64,000 nt of DNA, taken from positions 188,170,001 through 188,234,000 of the forward strand of contig OZ024741.1 in the NCBI GenBank assembly GCA_964016885.1, given 5' to 3'. Positions 19,040 to 34,754 of this stretch are shown here, piece after piece (position 1 is the first letter of the stretch; each line of letters starts with the position of its first letter). The notes beneath the pieces are model-generated. The model was not told the origin of the DNA and ran no database searches. It saw only the letters and a program-made list of their open reading frames with translations. The DNA is from Eledone cirrhosa (taxonomy: Eukaryota). The position numbers were made by a program, and so were the translations under genes.

Positions 19040-19760
19040 ACAATAATAATAATAATAATAATAGTAATAATAATAATAGTAATAATAATAATGATTTCTA
19101 GTATAGGCACAAGTCCTAGGGGGAGGATAAAGTCGATTAAATCGACCCCAGTGCATGACTGGTACTTTATTTTATCAACCCCGTAAGGATGAAAGGCTAA
19201 GCTAACCTTGGCGGGATTTGAACTCAGACCATAAAGGGCCGTAACTTTAATAATAATAATAATGGCTTCTGATTTAGGCACAAAGCCAACAATTTGGCAG
19301 AAAAGGAAAAATCACTTCATCCTCAGTACTTGACTGATACTTTATTTTAGCGACCCCAGAAAGATGTAAGGAAAAGCTGACCATGGCACGACACCAACAG
19401 AAAGTTGATAATATCAACCTCAGTACTTGACTGGTACATTATTTTATCGACACTGAAAGGATGAAAGTCAAAGTTAATCTCGGTAGTATTTCAACTAAAA
19501 ACGTAAAGAGCCAGAACAAATATCTCAAGTCATTTTGTCCAATATTCTAATGAAGGTGCCAATCTACTACCTTTAATAGTAAGTTCGGACACAGATAAAA
19601 AGCCAGAAAGTTTGAGGGAAAAGGATAGTCAATTAAATCGACCCTTAGAAGGATGAAAGGCAAAATTGACTTGAGCACGATTTCACCTTAGAACATAGTC
19701 AGAATAAATAGAGCATAGCAATGCATCCAACACCCTATTATAACAAAAATAATAATAATT
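19040..19760 (-). mobile_element. Cluster of about four partial family-1 SINEs next to (AAT)n
   Basis: Repeated gactggtactttattttatc...ggatgaaaggc motifs. Confidence 0.8.
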
Positions 19761-19846
19761 AGTGCAAGGTTATAGTTTAAGGAGAGAGGGGGAAAAGTTG
19801 GATCTGACTCAATCATTCTCAGTACTTATTATTATTATTATTATTA

Positions 19847-20030
19847 GGGCAGTGGCTTGGCAGAATCATTATAATGATTGGATGATATGCTTTTACAGCT
19901 CTTTATATTCTGAGTTCAAATCCTGCTGAGGTTAACTTTGCCTTCCATTCTTCCGAGGTTGAAAATTTAATCACATAACTCTTCTCCAGAATTGCTGGCC
20001 TTTTGCCTAAATTAGAAACCATTATTATCA
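19847..20030 (+). mobile_element. Family-1 SINE in the minority (plus) orientation
   Basis: gggcagtggcttggcagaatc...ctgagttcaaatcctgctgaggttaactttgccttccattc...ggccttttgcctaaattagaaacc. Confidence 0.75.
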
Positions 20031-20379
20031 TCATCATTCCAGGGTCAATAAACTGCCCATCCCTCATCAGTATACAACTTGAATAAAAACTGAATCTTTT
20101 TGATACAGACAGACATCTGCGGAAATATCCATGATTCACTGATCACAAATACCAAACTCATCCTCTCATCCATGGATATATACACTCTAGTTGTGAACAA
20201 AGCATAGATAAGTGAACTGCTATGACATTTACAAACAATGTCTAGTTTGATAAGTAGTTACCCAGCTGCTACCCCATCTCCTATCACCGAAAGAAGGGGA
20301 GGGGGCATCACTATAGTTGAATGTCATGGCTAATGATTACACATAACAGGACACTAAACACATCCTTGAGCACAGACTT

Positions 20380-20505
20380 AGGTTATGTGGTTTAAAAATT
20401 TGTTTCGCAGCCATGTTGTTTGGAATTTGATCACACTGCATAGCATTTTCGCCACATGTTTTTTACCATAGCCTCATGTCAACCAAAACATTGTGATTGA
20501 AGATG
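20380..20505 (+). mobile_element. Degenerate CORE-like SINE head
   Basis: Reverse-complement similarity to 1265-1385. Confidence 0.4.
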
Positions 20506-20537
20506 TAACTGTTCCTGTTCTTTGGCTGTAGACTTAA

Positions 20538-20757
20538 CTCTTTAGCATTTAAACCGGCTGCATCCAGCCAGAATTCTCTCATCTCTTTCTGTTCAAACCG
20601 ACCGTAACTGGCCACTTATACTGATGTTAAGGTATTGTTCTAAAATAAATAATATCAAAGTCTCATAGATTCGATATTGTGTGAGATAATTATGTGCAAT
20701 AAAGCGTTTACCATCAAAATACAATAGTATATATAGAGTAATGTAAATGCTAAAGAG
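20538..20757 (+). mobile_element. piggyBac-type MITE copy 1
   Basis: TTAA|CTCTTTAGCATTTA ... TAAATGCTAAAGAG|TTAA. Confidence 0.85.
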
Positions 20758-21099
20758 TTAATCTGTCACTTAGTTTAACACTGCCATGTAGAACCTTGGA
20801 TGTCTTTAGTGGAGCCCTCAAAGTTGCAACTTTTCAGATCTGAGAATAACTTTCTCACTCCCATACCAACCCCAGTTACAGAAGCCATGAAAAGGGTAAT
20901 AAGCATTGCAGTTCTTTTGCTGACTAAGGCTATTGACCTATCCTGTTTTCGAGGCAATATTTCTTTGGAAGTTTATTAACCCTTTTAATACCACCCTTAC
21001 ATTAAAATCTCTCTATCAAAATATTGATAAAACATGAAAGACGAGAGATTTTATAGTTTGTCAACAACTGCAATAATTAACACGCACGCGCACACAATA

Positions 21100-21600
21100 T
21101 ATACACACATATATACATATATGTATGTATATATATATATATACATATATACATACATATATGTATATATATATATACATACATATATGTATATATATAT
21201 ATACATACATATATGTATATATATATACATGTATATATATATACATATACATGTATATATATATACATATATGTATATACATACATGTATATATATATAC
21301 ATATATGTATATATATATACATGTATATATATATACATGTATATATATATACATATATGTATATACATACATGTATATATATATATACATATATGTATAT
21401 ATATATACATATATGTATATACATATACATATATGTATATACATACATACATATATATATATACATATATGTATATATATATACATACATACATATATAC
21501 ATATATATATATTATACATATATACATATATATATATACATATATATATATATGTGTGCATATATATACATACATATATGTATATACATACATACACACA
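21100..21600. repeat. (TA)n/TACA/TATG microsatellite
   Basis: Directly visible. Confidence 0.97.
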
Positions 21601-21907
21601 CAACCTGAACTAAAGAAATTAGCATGAATAACATCAGATCCTAGAAAAATCATTTGAAAGAACACAAACATATACTATAAAACAAACAAACAAAACAAAT
21701 AAAATTGAAGAAAAACGGTCAGTTCTGTCTTGCATCCAGAGACAAGGCCAGGCTGTAGCAGCAGCAGGTGACACAAATAATTCATACAAATATGGGTTTT
21801 TTTTTTTTTTTGCTATTAATATTATCATTATGATACCCTCACTGACCCTGTCTTTGTATTGTCCCCTACATGTCGGCCCTTGTGACCAATAAATGAAATC
21901 CTTATTA

Positions 21908-21938
<31 letters not shown>

Positions 21939-23703
21939 GATCATTATTATTGTTGTTGTTGATGTTGTTATTATTAACATCATTGTCATCATCATTATTA
22001 TTGACACAAACTACAGCAGTTAAGGAAAGATTGTTTTAAAAAATTAAATTTCAAAAATATCACTTTAAAAATAAAATAAACTCTACATTTTCAGATATTT
22101 CTGCACACCACTCTTTCTTTCTTTCTTTCTTTTCAGAATATTTTGGGTGAAAAGGAATAATTTCTTAGTGACAACATTCAACATGTAGGAAGACTAAAGA
22201 TGTGTTTGTGTATGTGTAGTGAGAGAGGGTAGGGCAAGGGATGGGGCAGTGTTGTTTCTAAAATCTACATACAGTGATTGTAAAATACAATTTAAAAACT
22301 TTATCAGAAAAAAAAAACATGAATCAATGTTGAAGTCAACATCATGATTGTATATTGAACAGCATGTAGATCGAGTGATTGTGTGAACATGTACAGCATA
22401 CATATATGCACATTATACATGCATATATATATATATGTATATAAATTCCTACCCATCATCTAAACAAAGTCAAACAGCATGAAGCTGTAAGCTATAGGTG
22501 TTGTCAGCAAAATGATACCAGTTCTAAAGTTCTGTTAACAAATATTATTAGACAGGGGGCATAATTATTCTTCTGTATTTTATTTCTGGGACACACACAA
22601 AGGCAAACAAAAAGAATAACAACAGCAATAAAATAATAATAATAACAATAGTACAATAATTAACTGAAAGATGAGAGGCTGACAGGATCAGATCAACTTG
22701 GGAGGGATTCCATAGCAGTTTGTTTCTTTTTTTTTTTTAAAGTTCACCATAGCAAAGACAAGACTTTGCATCGTTAATCTATTGGCCACACCAGAGCAAA
22801 AAAGAAGATTTGGCTTTGTTAATTAATTAGCTGTAACCCAGCAGTAGAAAGACACCACAATTTGCAGCAGAATGTTTAAACCCTATTTTTAAATGTTTAG
22901 TACTAACTGGTACTAGCAGCACAATTGAAATGCTCTTGTCGGTGTTTCAATTTATTCCAGTAAATCGAGATGGGTAAAAGATACACATGCATGCCCATAC
23001 ATACAGAGGCTCATCTCTTCACAAGTATACTTCAGCTACAGCCCCTTCTAATACCATCTAACAACAATCCTTACCCTCTCTACCCTATCTAGTACATTTG
23101 CAGCAGAGGGGTTGTACCATTTGTCTATATTCACTATTAAATAAATATTCTGTCACTGACATTTTGTCAGAATCTCTCACTTTTTCACACATGTATATGC
23201 ACACACATACACACATCTCCAAAAATTTGTGCACCCTGATATTCAAGCATATATATATATATATGTGTGTGTGTGTATGTGTATATATATAAAGCATAAT
23301 ACATAAATAAATACACACATATATATATAAATATATATATGTATATATAATATTTTACATGATCCAATTCCATATTACATAGTGGGGTGGGAAAAGAGTA
23401 GGGTAGGGGATTGGTTTAATTTTTTTACTTTTATTTTATTTTATTTTATTGTTTTTATAGAAAAGAAATCTCTCCCATTATTCAATACTGTGAAAGGTCA
23501 GTCAAAATGTTCATCTTATGGTTTTTTTAAAGCCATTTTTTTTAATGTTCATGGGTTTTTCTTAGTGTTTTTCATCAATTATTTTCCTGGTTCCAAGAGT
23601 AGCAGTAGTAATAGCAGTAGTAGTAGTAGTAGTTAAGTAAACAAAAAAAAACACGACCACATTAAAAATTAACATTCAATAAACCCAACAGGAGTATGTA
23701 AGT

Positions 23704-23758
<55 letters not shown>

Positions 23759-23824
23759 TATACACACACACACAGATATATGCACACACAGACATACAAG
23801 CATACATACATACACATACATACA

Positions 23825-23887
<63 letters not shown>

Positions 23888-24271
23888 ATATAAATATATA
23901 TATATATATATATATAAAAGCAGTAATCTGGAGATAGTTGCAATAGCAGCACCAAGACTGATGCTGTCCTGTGAGAAAATAGTGAAATTGTTTTCTATAT
24001 ATATATTGTTCCTTTTTTTTTTGTTATTTTTCTTCTTTTTTGTTCTTTTTGAAAGGGTGAGTGAAAAAGAAAGGTGACAAGTATTTAGCAGATGTGATGA
24101 TCAGGATGATTATAATAATAGTAATGATTACTATTGTGTGGATACAGTCACAGGAAAAACATATAAAGTTTAAAATATTACCAGACATCATGAGCCCAAC
24201 AGTTTAAACATATATACAAACATATACACACACTGTATACATAATTAAGCATATGATTGTGTATATGGCTT

Positions 24272-24305
<34 letters not shown>

Positions 24306-24310
<5 letters not shown>

Positions 24311-24502
24311 AAAAAGTATGATCCCGACGGCAGGGCTCAAGCCGTTTCGACGGCTATTTCTGGAGTCCAGAAATAGCCGTCGAAACGGCTTGAGCTCTGA
24401 CGTCGGGGGTCATACTTTTTCCTATTTCCCATTCTACTACTCTAAGTATTGAGTACTCTGGTGCGTTATGGTCCATCTGGTTCCTTACCACATTTCCTTT
24501 GT

Positions 24503-24503
<1 letters not shown>
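24306..24503 (+). mobile_element. ~200-bp insert within (TA)n with a 5' fold-back hairpin and the 3' half of a hammerhead motif
   Basis: Arms 24306-24364 and 24366-24425. Minus-strand reading of the left arm gives GAAA-cggc-ttgagccct-gccg-TC (stem III plus GUC site). (TA)n on both flanks. Confidence 0.65.
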
Positions 24504-24533
<30 letters not shown>

Positions 24534-25151
24534 TAGAAACCATATTGGATTAAATGAGGACTGCAAATGGTACAAACACTACTACATAAACACACGTGGG
24601 AATATATATATATATATATATATTCTCACACATATGTATGTGTGTGTATACTCGTCTGTATATATATTGTGCAAAAGTGCTTACTACAGCCATACTTCAA
24701 TGTTTTTAATGTCAAGAAATATTTCGCTGATGCCAAAAGCATAGAAAAAACCCAAAAGATTTCACTATAAAGTGATATGATTGTCCACTTGACAAAATAT
24801 AGTATAAAATTAGAACACAGCTTTTTTTTTCTTGTTAATTTTGTAATTTTTCCATATTTGTCATCTTTTGTGAGTGTATTTACATAAGGTGCATATATCT
24901 ACCCAAAATACAAGTATGTATATTATATTTACTTTAATTTAAAAAAAATAAAAAATAAAAAAAATGATAGTGAGTTACCTCCTTCTCCTAGGAGGTTGTT
25001 GGTGGAAAATACATTTACAAATATATTTCATATTATTATATATATTATATTATATATTACATTATATATTCCTAGTTCAATTGAGCACAAGAATTGGTCA
25101 GTCTCTCTTTGAAAAATGTTCAATTATAGATGTTTAAAGAATATGGTATTG

Positions 25152-25198
<47 letters not shown>

Positions 25199-25285
25199 CA
25201 TATATATATATTCTGTGTATGACTTTTTGTTAATCTTGTTTTTCTTTTGTTGGGGGGGCATTACTGCATACACACACCACCCAAG

Positions 25286-25343
<58 letters not shown>

Positions 25344-26424
25344 CATGTATATATATATATATATCATATACATTTTTTAATCATAAATTAAAATAAATTC
25401 TCTTTTTCAAATACTATATATATATGTATATATATATATATATATCCCATTTGTAAACTAAAATATTTTTTCTTTTTTTAAATAACATACACATGTGTGT
25501 GTGTGTGCCTTTAGATACAATGTATATATACATGTGCGTGTGTGTATATATATATACATACATATACATTTTTTTAGTCATAAATTAAAATAAATTCTTT
25601 TTAAATACCATATATATATATGCATACACACATACATACTTATATATACTTATACATATGTGCACATATATCATATACATATATATATTGTAGAACAACA
25701 ACAGCAACAATAACATTACTATAGGGAGATACTTTTTCAACAGAAACCATTACGAGAAATTATTTTTTTTTAATACATAAAACAATATGTAGTGAAGTTA
25801 TTGATTAAATTTGCATGTCATTTAATTTGAGTGGTCTTAGTGTGTAGTGAAAAGACAAAATGTGATTAAAAAGAAATGGTTAATTCTATTATAGTACTAA
25901 CTCTATTCTCACCGCCCTCCCACACACTGTAATGAGCACCATTAAATTATTCATACAAGAAATGGTGACCTTAGTATGTGGTCACTAGAAGTGTTGGAAA
26001 TAGCATTGAAATCTGTCTCAAACTCCACCCTACCTTGTTAAAAATACTACATGTGCATTTATTCTGTCAAGTCACACCAGATGACTCCATAACAATGACA
26101 AATACCATTATCACTACAACTATAAATTAGCACATCTGTGCTAAAAATAGAATTTTTGGCCTATATATCCAGGCCATTTCTAGATGGTCAATTTGTACCA
26201 GACATTAGGTGTCTGGTCACCCTGGATTGGTGTGAACTGGTATTGTCTGGGCAGCAACAAATAGAATTTCAATCCATTGACAGATTTCATTTCAAGTATG
26301 ATATATGCAAATTCATACTACACTACACCAAGAGATGTTCACCCTTATCATACATTTATATCTACTATATATATATATCTGTGTATGTATATATATATAT
26401 ATATATCTGTGTATATATATACAT

Positions 26425-26495
26425 ATACAGAGCTGAAGATCCGCTTAAGGTGAAACAATTGTTCTAGGTATGGTGAACTAACTGTTGTGTTACTA

Positions 26496-26530
<35 letters not shown>

Positions 26531-26633
26531 GTGTATATATATACATATATATATATATATACAGAGCTGAAGATCCGCTTAAGGTGAACCAATTGTTCTT
26601 GGTATGGTGAACTAACTGTTGTGTTACTACTTC
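26425..26633 (+). ncRNA. Tandem pair of degenerate minimal type I hammerhead motifs in a ~134-bp duplicated unit within TA microsatellite
   Basis: atacagag-CTGAAGA-tccgcttaaggt-GAAA-caattg-TT-ctaggtat (core at 26433). Second copy has its core at 26567 with GAAC in place of GAAA. Confidence 0.6.
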
Positions 26634-26698
<65 letters not shown>

Positions 26699-29599
26699 TG
26701 GTAGATAGATAGACGGGTGTACAAACAAAAGAAAATAGAAATAGTACACAAATATCCAGACACACACTCACATATAAATATGAAATACTGAAGAATTGTA
26801 AACAATCCTTGAAAAGTTTGTGGAGTAAGAGAGGGAATATTAGCTGTCTCACTGGAGTGACACATGGATTTTAATTAGGGAGGGTCATTAAATACTAGTA
26901 GAATTACTTGCATTTAATACTTCTAATTACCCATTAATAATCTTATGATGATCACTGGAGCAATGGTGGTGGTGGTGTTTAGAATTGGGCAAATTTACAA
27001 TGCAGGAATAAGGTAAATTTTCAATAAGGGATTAAGCTAAATATACAATACAGGTATAAAGTAAACTTTCAACACAGAAAGAAGGCAAATTTACCATAGA
27101 GGAATAGAGTAAAGAATAGAGAAAGGATTTTGCCTGTCCTGTACATAACTTTGTGTATGTTGTTGTTTAGCCCTGATGCACCAAACAGACCCATGATCAA
27201 AGTCATTCCATCCCTAACCCTTCCATTTTTTAAGGGACCACAAGAAAAATAGAGAGTGAAAGAGAGAGAGAGGTTTTTTTTATTGGCCTTGAAATTAAGG
27301 AAACCTAAACATGTGTGTTTATGGGTGTGTGGAGAGAGAGAGAGGGAGAGAGAGAGAAAGAGAGAGAGATAAGGTGATTAGGCTCATTATTATATCATAT
27401 GTGTCCTGTGAATTCCTGTTTATCTAGGCAATCTTCACTCTTTGTTAACAATTTTAATCATTGCAACTTTATTGATATTTATATTTTACAGCATAACTTG
27501 ATGTTTATGTGATGTTACCTGTTGAAGACTTTGGTGGTGGCTTGCAGGGCACTAAATTACAGGAGAAAATAAATGGAAATACAGATACTGCTCATAAAAT
27601 CGCTCTCTCTATATATATATAACACTATGCCATATTATTTTAGATATGTAACCTCAGATATTGGGGGCTAGTTACATGATACAACAATAGTTGTTTTATT
27701 CAGGAGATATAAAAAGAAGCCTGCCTGACTGTCTATTTGTTGCTGTTGTTATTGTGGCTATAGTTTTGCCTCAGTTCAGCCCTGACCATACATACTTATG
27801 TTTTAAGATGTTTCAGTGATAAGCATCTTGGCTCTTTACTTTTATCAGACCTGCCTTTTTCTTCAAAATGAAATGATGTGAAACGAGAGAGAACTGACTG
27901 TTATTTCTAGCTCGGCTGTCAGCCAATACAAGATGCAAGAAGTACACAAAGATTGTCACTCTGCACATAAACTCAGAGCACACAGAGCCAGTACAGATAG
28001 CACAAGGAATTCCATACAACATTAACAATTCTGTCAATTCACTGCCCTGGACTGACACTATTTACTGATCATGATAGGACAAAAGGCAAAGTTGATCTTG
28101 GCAGAATTTGAACTGAGAGAGCAGAGAACTAGAATAAATACCACTCTAATAACTACCTATTTACTGCCCATATGAACTGATGATTAACTAAAAATTCTCC
28201 TCAAAATTCAAGGGCGCTGAGAGAGGATTCTTTGAGAAAATGGTGTCACATATTCATATGCCCCTCCTCAACTCACATGACCCCAGACCAATGTACCATC
28301 TGAACCCTACTTTCTTATAAGTCCTGGCTCCATAGCACAGAGAGCTGAATGTAAAGGCTCTCTTTAATAAACAGGTCCCAGATCATTAGCTACATAAATA
28401 TGAAGCTGCTCCAGGTTTGTAAAGCCCCTACTATCAGCTTCCTCAGCTCTGAGCTAACCCTAATATGATCTGTCTGGTCTGACTAATTTTTTCTTCTAGA
28501 AGTTTTTTTTAAAGTTCTGTTTGCTCTGTTGGCCAAATTTCTTCAGCAAAACTGGAGAATTCATATCCAAATTATATGACATCACATGTACACCCTCACA
28601 AATGAAATGCTTAAAGAATGTATTTGCCAATACCCAGAAACAATATGAAATATGTGTTGGACTGTGATCAGAATATATTGAACATTATATAAATATTTCA
28701 TAGCATTATGAAACTTTTTTGATGAATCATAAATAATATTTGAATGATTAACACACAACACCCCCATATATATATGTTTGTGTGTGTATTTCATTAAAGT
28801 GAGTCATGTTACATCAACACATACATACTTATACACACAGCTAAATGTGAAGAAGGTAGGTTTCCCCAAGCACAAGTCAGAATATTGCTATGTTGAAGAT
28901 AATGTAAAATATATGGACAGATGACTAGGTTGAAGAAAACATCTACCTTTTCATGAAATAGAGTAAACCACAATGGTGATATTTCACTCTGGCTCCTGTC
29001 AATTTTGTTGAGTTTTTGCTATGTTACCATGAAGAAAGCATTCATATATATTCATGGGTGTATGTGTTCTTATCCAAAATATCAACACAAGCGGTGTGTG
29101 CAAATTTGGCAACTGTTAAATTGGGTGATAACAATTAATGAGGGAGTGAAGAGATTCAACACTAACAAAGAAGTGAGAAAGAGGGGGAGGATGGTATCAT
29201 CCACTGGATTAAACTCCACCCCTTACCTCAATAAATTACTGGTACATTCGTTATTGGTCTATTCATCCCCCCTCCTTCTTTCCTTGTCTTTACTTCTTTA
29301 CTTCCCCAGCACAACCACACCCACTGCCAAGAGACAGAAATACAAAGCTGACCACAGCTGGCATGTATTTTATACTAAAGCTATGACTACAACAATAAAC
29401 AAATCAATTACACTGAGATATGAAAATGACCAGTTTGAGGTATATACATAGTTATTGGATATTCAGTCTCTCATTTCAGCTAATTCCTTTTCTTACCATC
29501 TCCTTGTTAACATAACAACCTTTGACACCAGCACAAGGTGACAAGGCTTATAGAGAAGTAGAGAGCTGGTTGTACAGTTGATAGAATCAATGGCAGCAC

Positions 29600-29775
29600 A
29601 TGGTGCAGAGCTGACAGATACAACACCAATCAATACACAGTGCACAACTGATAGATACAACACCAATACATGGTGCATAGCTAATACAATCATCACAGAT
29701 ACATGGTGCACAACTTATAGATACAACTCCAATATACAGTGCACAGCTAATGCAATCAACACTACCATATGGTGC
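29600..29775. repeat. Degenerate ~30-35-bp tandem repeat (atacaacaccaatacatggtgcatagctaat-like)
   Basis: About five decayed units, with further units near 30030-30100 beyond an intervening SINE. Confidence 0.55.
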
Positions 29776-30859
29776 ATAATTAATTCTTTCTAATTTAGAC
29801 ACAAAGCCAGAAATTTGGAGAAATGTATGAGTCGATTATACTGACTCCAGTACTTTACTGATACTTTATATTATCAACCCCTGAAGGATAAAAAGCAATA
29901 TTGACATTAGCAGGGTTTGAACTCAGAATGAAAGAGTTGAAACAAATACTACAAATAATTTTACCCAACACACTAGATTCTCCCAACCCACCACCCTCAC
30001 ATTGTAGATAATTAATAGAATCGGGGCTACTATGGTGCATAGCTAATGGTGACAAGAAACAGCAACATATGTTGCACAGCTAATGGAAACAATGCCAATA
30101 TATATTCAACAACACTGCCACTATCCCTTGAGAGAATCAAAGGTGAAGCTGGGAGCTCAGTAGGATTTGAACTCAGAGCTCAGTTCACAAGAAAGACAAG
30201 TCTATTTCTACATGCTTGACAAAATATTAAATTCTTTATTATTTTTATGTAATTTTATTCTAGAAATATATTTGAGTATTTTGAAATAAACTTTTGTTTT
30301 TGTAATAAAAAAAAAAAATATATATATAGTGCAAAACTATTTTCATTTATATACCCCTATTTTCTACACACTAATTTTTTTATACCCTGGAGATAGAAAA
30401 TGTTGCAGAGAAAAAACTAGCAAAAAGAGAGTATATAGTGACAAGGTAACAATGTGTCACAATATATAAGTGATAAGAAAGATCTCGCTCTCTCTCCCTC
30501 TCTCTCTCTCTATTATATATATGTATATATAGCAGTGGGAATATGTAATGATGACTGAGAGTGTAATCTACAGTGGCAACAGTGGGAATATTAGGTGATG
30601 ACCAAGTGAGTGAGGTTTAAAGCAGTATCAATCTCTATAAATGACCAGAAACTCACTGTTCAACAGTTTTAGTGCAGTTTTTACATGGTTGCCAGAAATA
30701 TACAACAATAGTACTATGATGAAGGTAGTATTGGTGGTAGTGGTGATGGTGGTAATAGTATTGGGTGGTAGTGGTATCATTATTTGTAATAGAAGTAGTG
30801 TTACTTGTGGGAGAGGTAGGGAAAGGCCAGTTACCAACACACTGAATTAATTTCTCAGC

Positions 30860-31640
30860 AATAATAGTAATTTCTAACATAAATACAGAGCAAGGAAAAA
30901 TATAATCAATTAAATCAATTCACCAGTACGTAACTGGTATTTTATTTTATTGCCAAAGGAAGAATTAAAGGCAAAGTCAACCCAGGCTGGATTTGAAATC
31001 TGAACATAAAGGGACATAACTAAATAGAATAAATCATTTTGTTTGCTGCTCTACTGATTCTGCCGATCTACCACACTTCCAATAATAATAATAATAATTG
31101 TTTCTATTTTGGCACAAGGCCAGCAATTATTCCAGTGTATTACTGGTGCTTATTTTATCAACCCCGTAAGGATGAAAGGCAAAGTTAACCACGGCGGGAT
31201 TTGAGCTCAGACCGTAAAGGACCATAACTTTGTGCTGCAAAGCACGGCAGCCGACCCTCTGCCGATGCTGCCAATTCACCGTGATCCCTAATTTAGGCAT
31301 AAGGCCAACAACTGGCGGGGAAGGGAAAGTCAATTACAATGACCCCAGGACATGACTGGTACTTTATTTTATCAATCCCAGAAGGATGAAAGGCACAGTT
31401 GACCTTAGTGAGATTTGAACTCAGATGAAAATGGGTAGCAACTAAACACTACAAAGCATTTTGTCCAATGCTCTAATGATTCTGTTAATTCAATGATTTT
31501 TAAAATAGGTACAAAGCTAGAAATTTGTGGAGAGGGGTTAGTCAAGTGCATTGACTTCAGTACTTGACTGTAACTATATTTTATCAACCCTGGAAAGATG
31601 AAAAGCAAAGCTGACTGTAGCAGAAGTTGAACTACTGCAG
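30860..31640 (-). mobile_element. Head-to-tail cluster of four family-1 SINEs
   Basis: Four recurrences of the tail/core/B-box motif. Confidence 0.85.
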
Positions 31641-32891
31641 CAGCCAATTAACAACTACATACAAACTCTGACAACAGAAATTTAAGTGATGGTAGGTAGG
31701 GACAGATAACTCATACTAATCATTACAGCATGTCAGTCTCTCAGTTCCTTATCATACCATTGAGAGAAAAAAAAAACTGTGGCAGTGGTGAAATGTCCAG
31801 ACTAGAAAAAACTGGAATTGTAGTGGCAACAGTAGCAGCGGCGGTGACAGTGGTGGTGGGAAGTAACGGTGTGGCTGTTTGAACAGGGAGCAAGGGATAG
31901 TTAGTGGTGATGGTAGTGGTACTGGTCATGGTAGGGAGCAAAGGAAGCAGTGGTGGTGATGGTGTGTAGTACAGTCAGGGAGCAAGATGGTGGTATAATA
32001 ATGGTAGCAGTAAAGTGGTAGTGGTGGGTGGTGTTTTTATAAATGTGATGGTGGGTGGGTACAGTGGCAATAATGATAACAGTGGCAATAATGGTAACAG
32101 AGGAAGTGAGATATCAAAAGGATAGCTATAATTATGATGGTAACAGAATTGAAAGAAACAAAAACAATTTCTAAAATAGGCACTAGGCCACAATTTGTGG
32201 GAAGGGGTTCATAGTTGACTGTATCAACTCCCTGGAGCTCAAGACATAACTGCTACTATATTTTATTGAACCCCTAGAGGATAAAAGGGACAGTTGGATT
32301 CAGCAGGTTTCAAACACAGAATGTAAAAATGATGTAACTAAATTTTGTGCATTGCTCTACCATTTCTGCTATCGAAAAATATAAAGGAAATGTAAAAGAA
32401 CTGAAAACAGCATCATACAGTGTCCGATTTGATATAATAATGGTTTCTAATTTAGGCACAGAGTCAGCAGTTTCAAAGGAGGGAAGGTCAGTTTAATCAA
32501 TCCTAGTATTTGACAGGTATTTTATTTCATCGACACAAATGGATGAAAGGCGAAGCTGAACCCAGCAGGATTTATGCTGGTGTAATAATATAAGACATGA
32601 CCAGTAGCATGTATTTCTAAAAAGCATTGCTTACTCTATAAAAATTACATATTTCATTATCTAATATTATTATTTTTTTTTTCATTTCAGTGTTTCATAG
32701 TACTTGAATAATGACGCAAATATTTTCAGATAAATTAATAATAGTATAAACCTTTCTATAAAAAATCTATAAGATTTTGGTTTAAGACAGATGATATCAT
32801 GTTAGGAGGCTACTATCTCTCAAATATGCAACATTCCAATGGTCTAACCCAGTAATTTATTTTCATGATATTAGATACATGGTATGAGGTA

Positions 32892-33803
<912 letters not shown>

Positions 33804-34001
33804 CATATAAGGAAAATGATAATAAAAAAAGGGTTCGAAAAGCGCACCTTGTATATATATATATATATATAAAAAGGATGTTATAAAGATCCTTTATAAA
33901 TATATACAGGTCCGCTTTTTGAACACTTTTTTTATTATCATATTCCTTATATGACATGATCTGTATAGAACGTTTTCTAATGTCCACACTTTTTTTCACT
34001 A
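33804..34001. repeat. Imperfect fold-back hairpin insert inside microsatellite
   Basis: catataaggaaaatgataataaaaaaagggttcgaaaagcgcaccttgtatata pairs with tatatacaggtccgctttttgaacactttttttattatcatattccttatatg. Confidence 0.8.
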
Positions 34002-34104
34002 TACACACATATATAAATATACATAGATATATATATGTGTGTGTGTGTGTAAAGTATGCATATGTATATATATATATATATATATATTTGTATATATGTA
34101 TATA

Positions 34105-34140
<36 letters not shown>

Positions 34141-34710
34141 CACATAGACACATATATACATATTTACAAATATATATATACACATATATACATACACATA
34201 TACACATGCACACAGACACACAAATACACACACACATATATATATATGCATTACCAACACACATTAGACCACAAATGTTGCTTTGTTATTGGAGTGGTGT
34301 AGCATAGCAAAATACTGAAACCGCAGAAGCTACAGGTTCCTTTGTTTAACAAAAGACAAGCTAAGAGAACTTGTAAAGAAAAGGAAAAAAATATTTGAAG
34401 AAAGTGTGTGTGTGTGTGTAAGCGTATGTGAGAGAGAGAGAGAGAGAACAAGAGAGAGGAGATGGCTGTAGATGAGATAATGAGATAAATATGTTGAAAC
34501 GTGGAGGAAGATGTTTGAAGGAGGCAGCAGATAAAAATTAAAAAAAAATTCATTAAAAAAAGATTTACAACCACTTCTCAAAAATTTCCTTTTTTTTTTG
34601 TTTTGGTTGTACCTAATCTTAACAAAAAGGTAATAGGATTTATGACAACCAGCAGCCTTTTCTTATATTACCTTGGTTACCTTTCTAATTTTCTTTCTGG
34701 TTTCATCACA

Positions 34711-34754
<44 letters not shown>

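Noticed and set aside
25365-25615. ~45-bp direct duplication (cataaattaaaataaattct...)
   Set aside because: AT-rich local duplication among microsatellites with no further structure.
26380-26640. Repeat-spacer-like pattern as a CRISPR array
   Set aside because: Eukaryotic context, only two units, microsatellite spacers and no cas genes.
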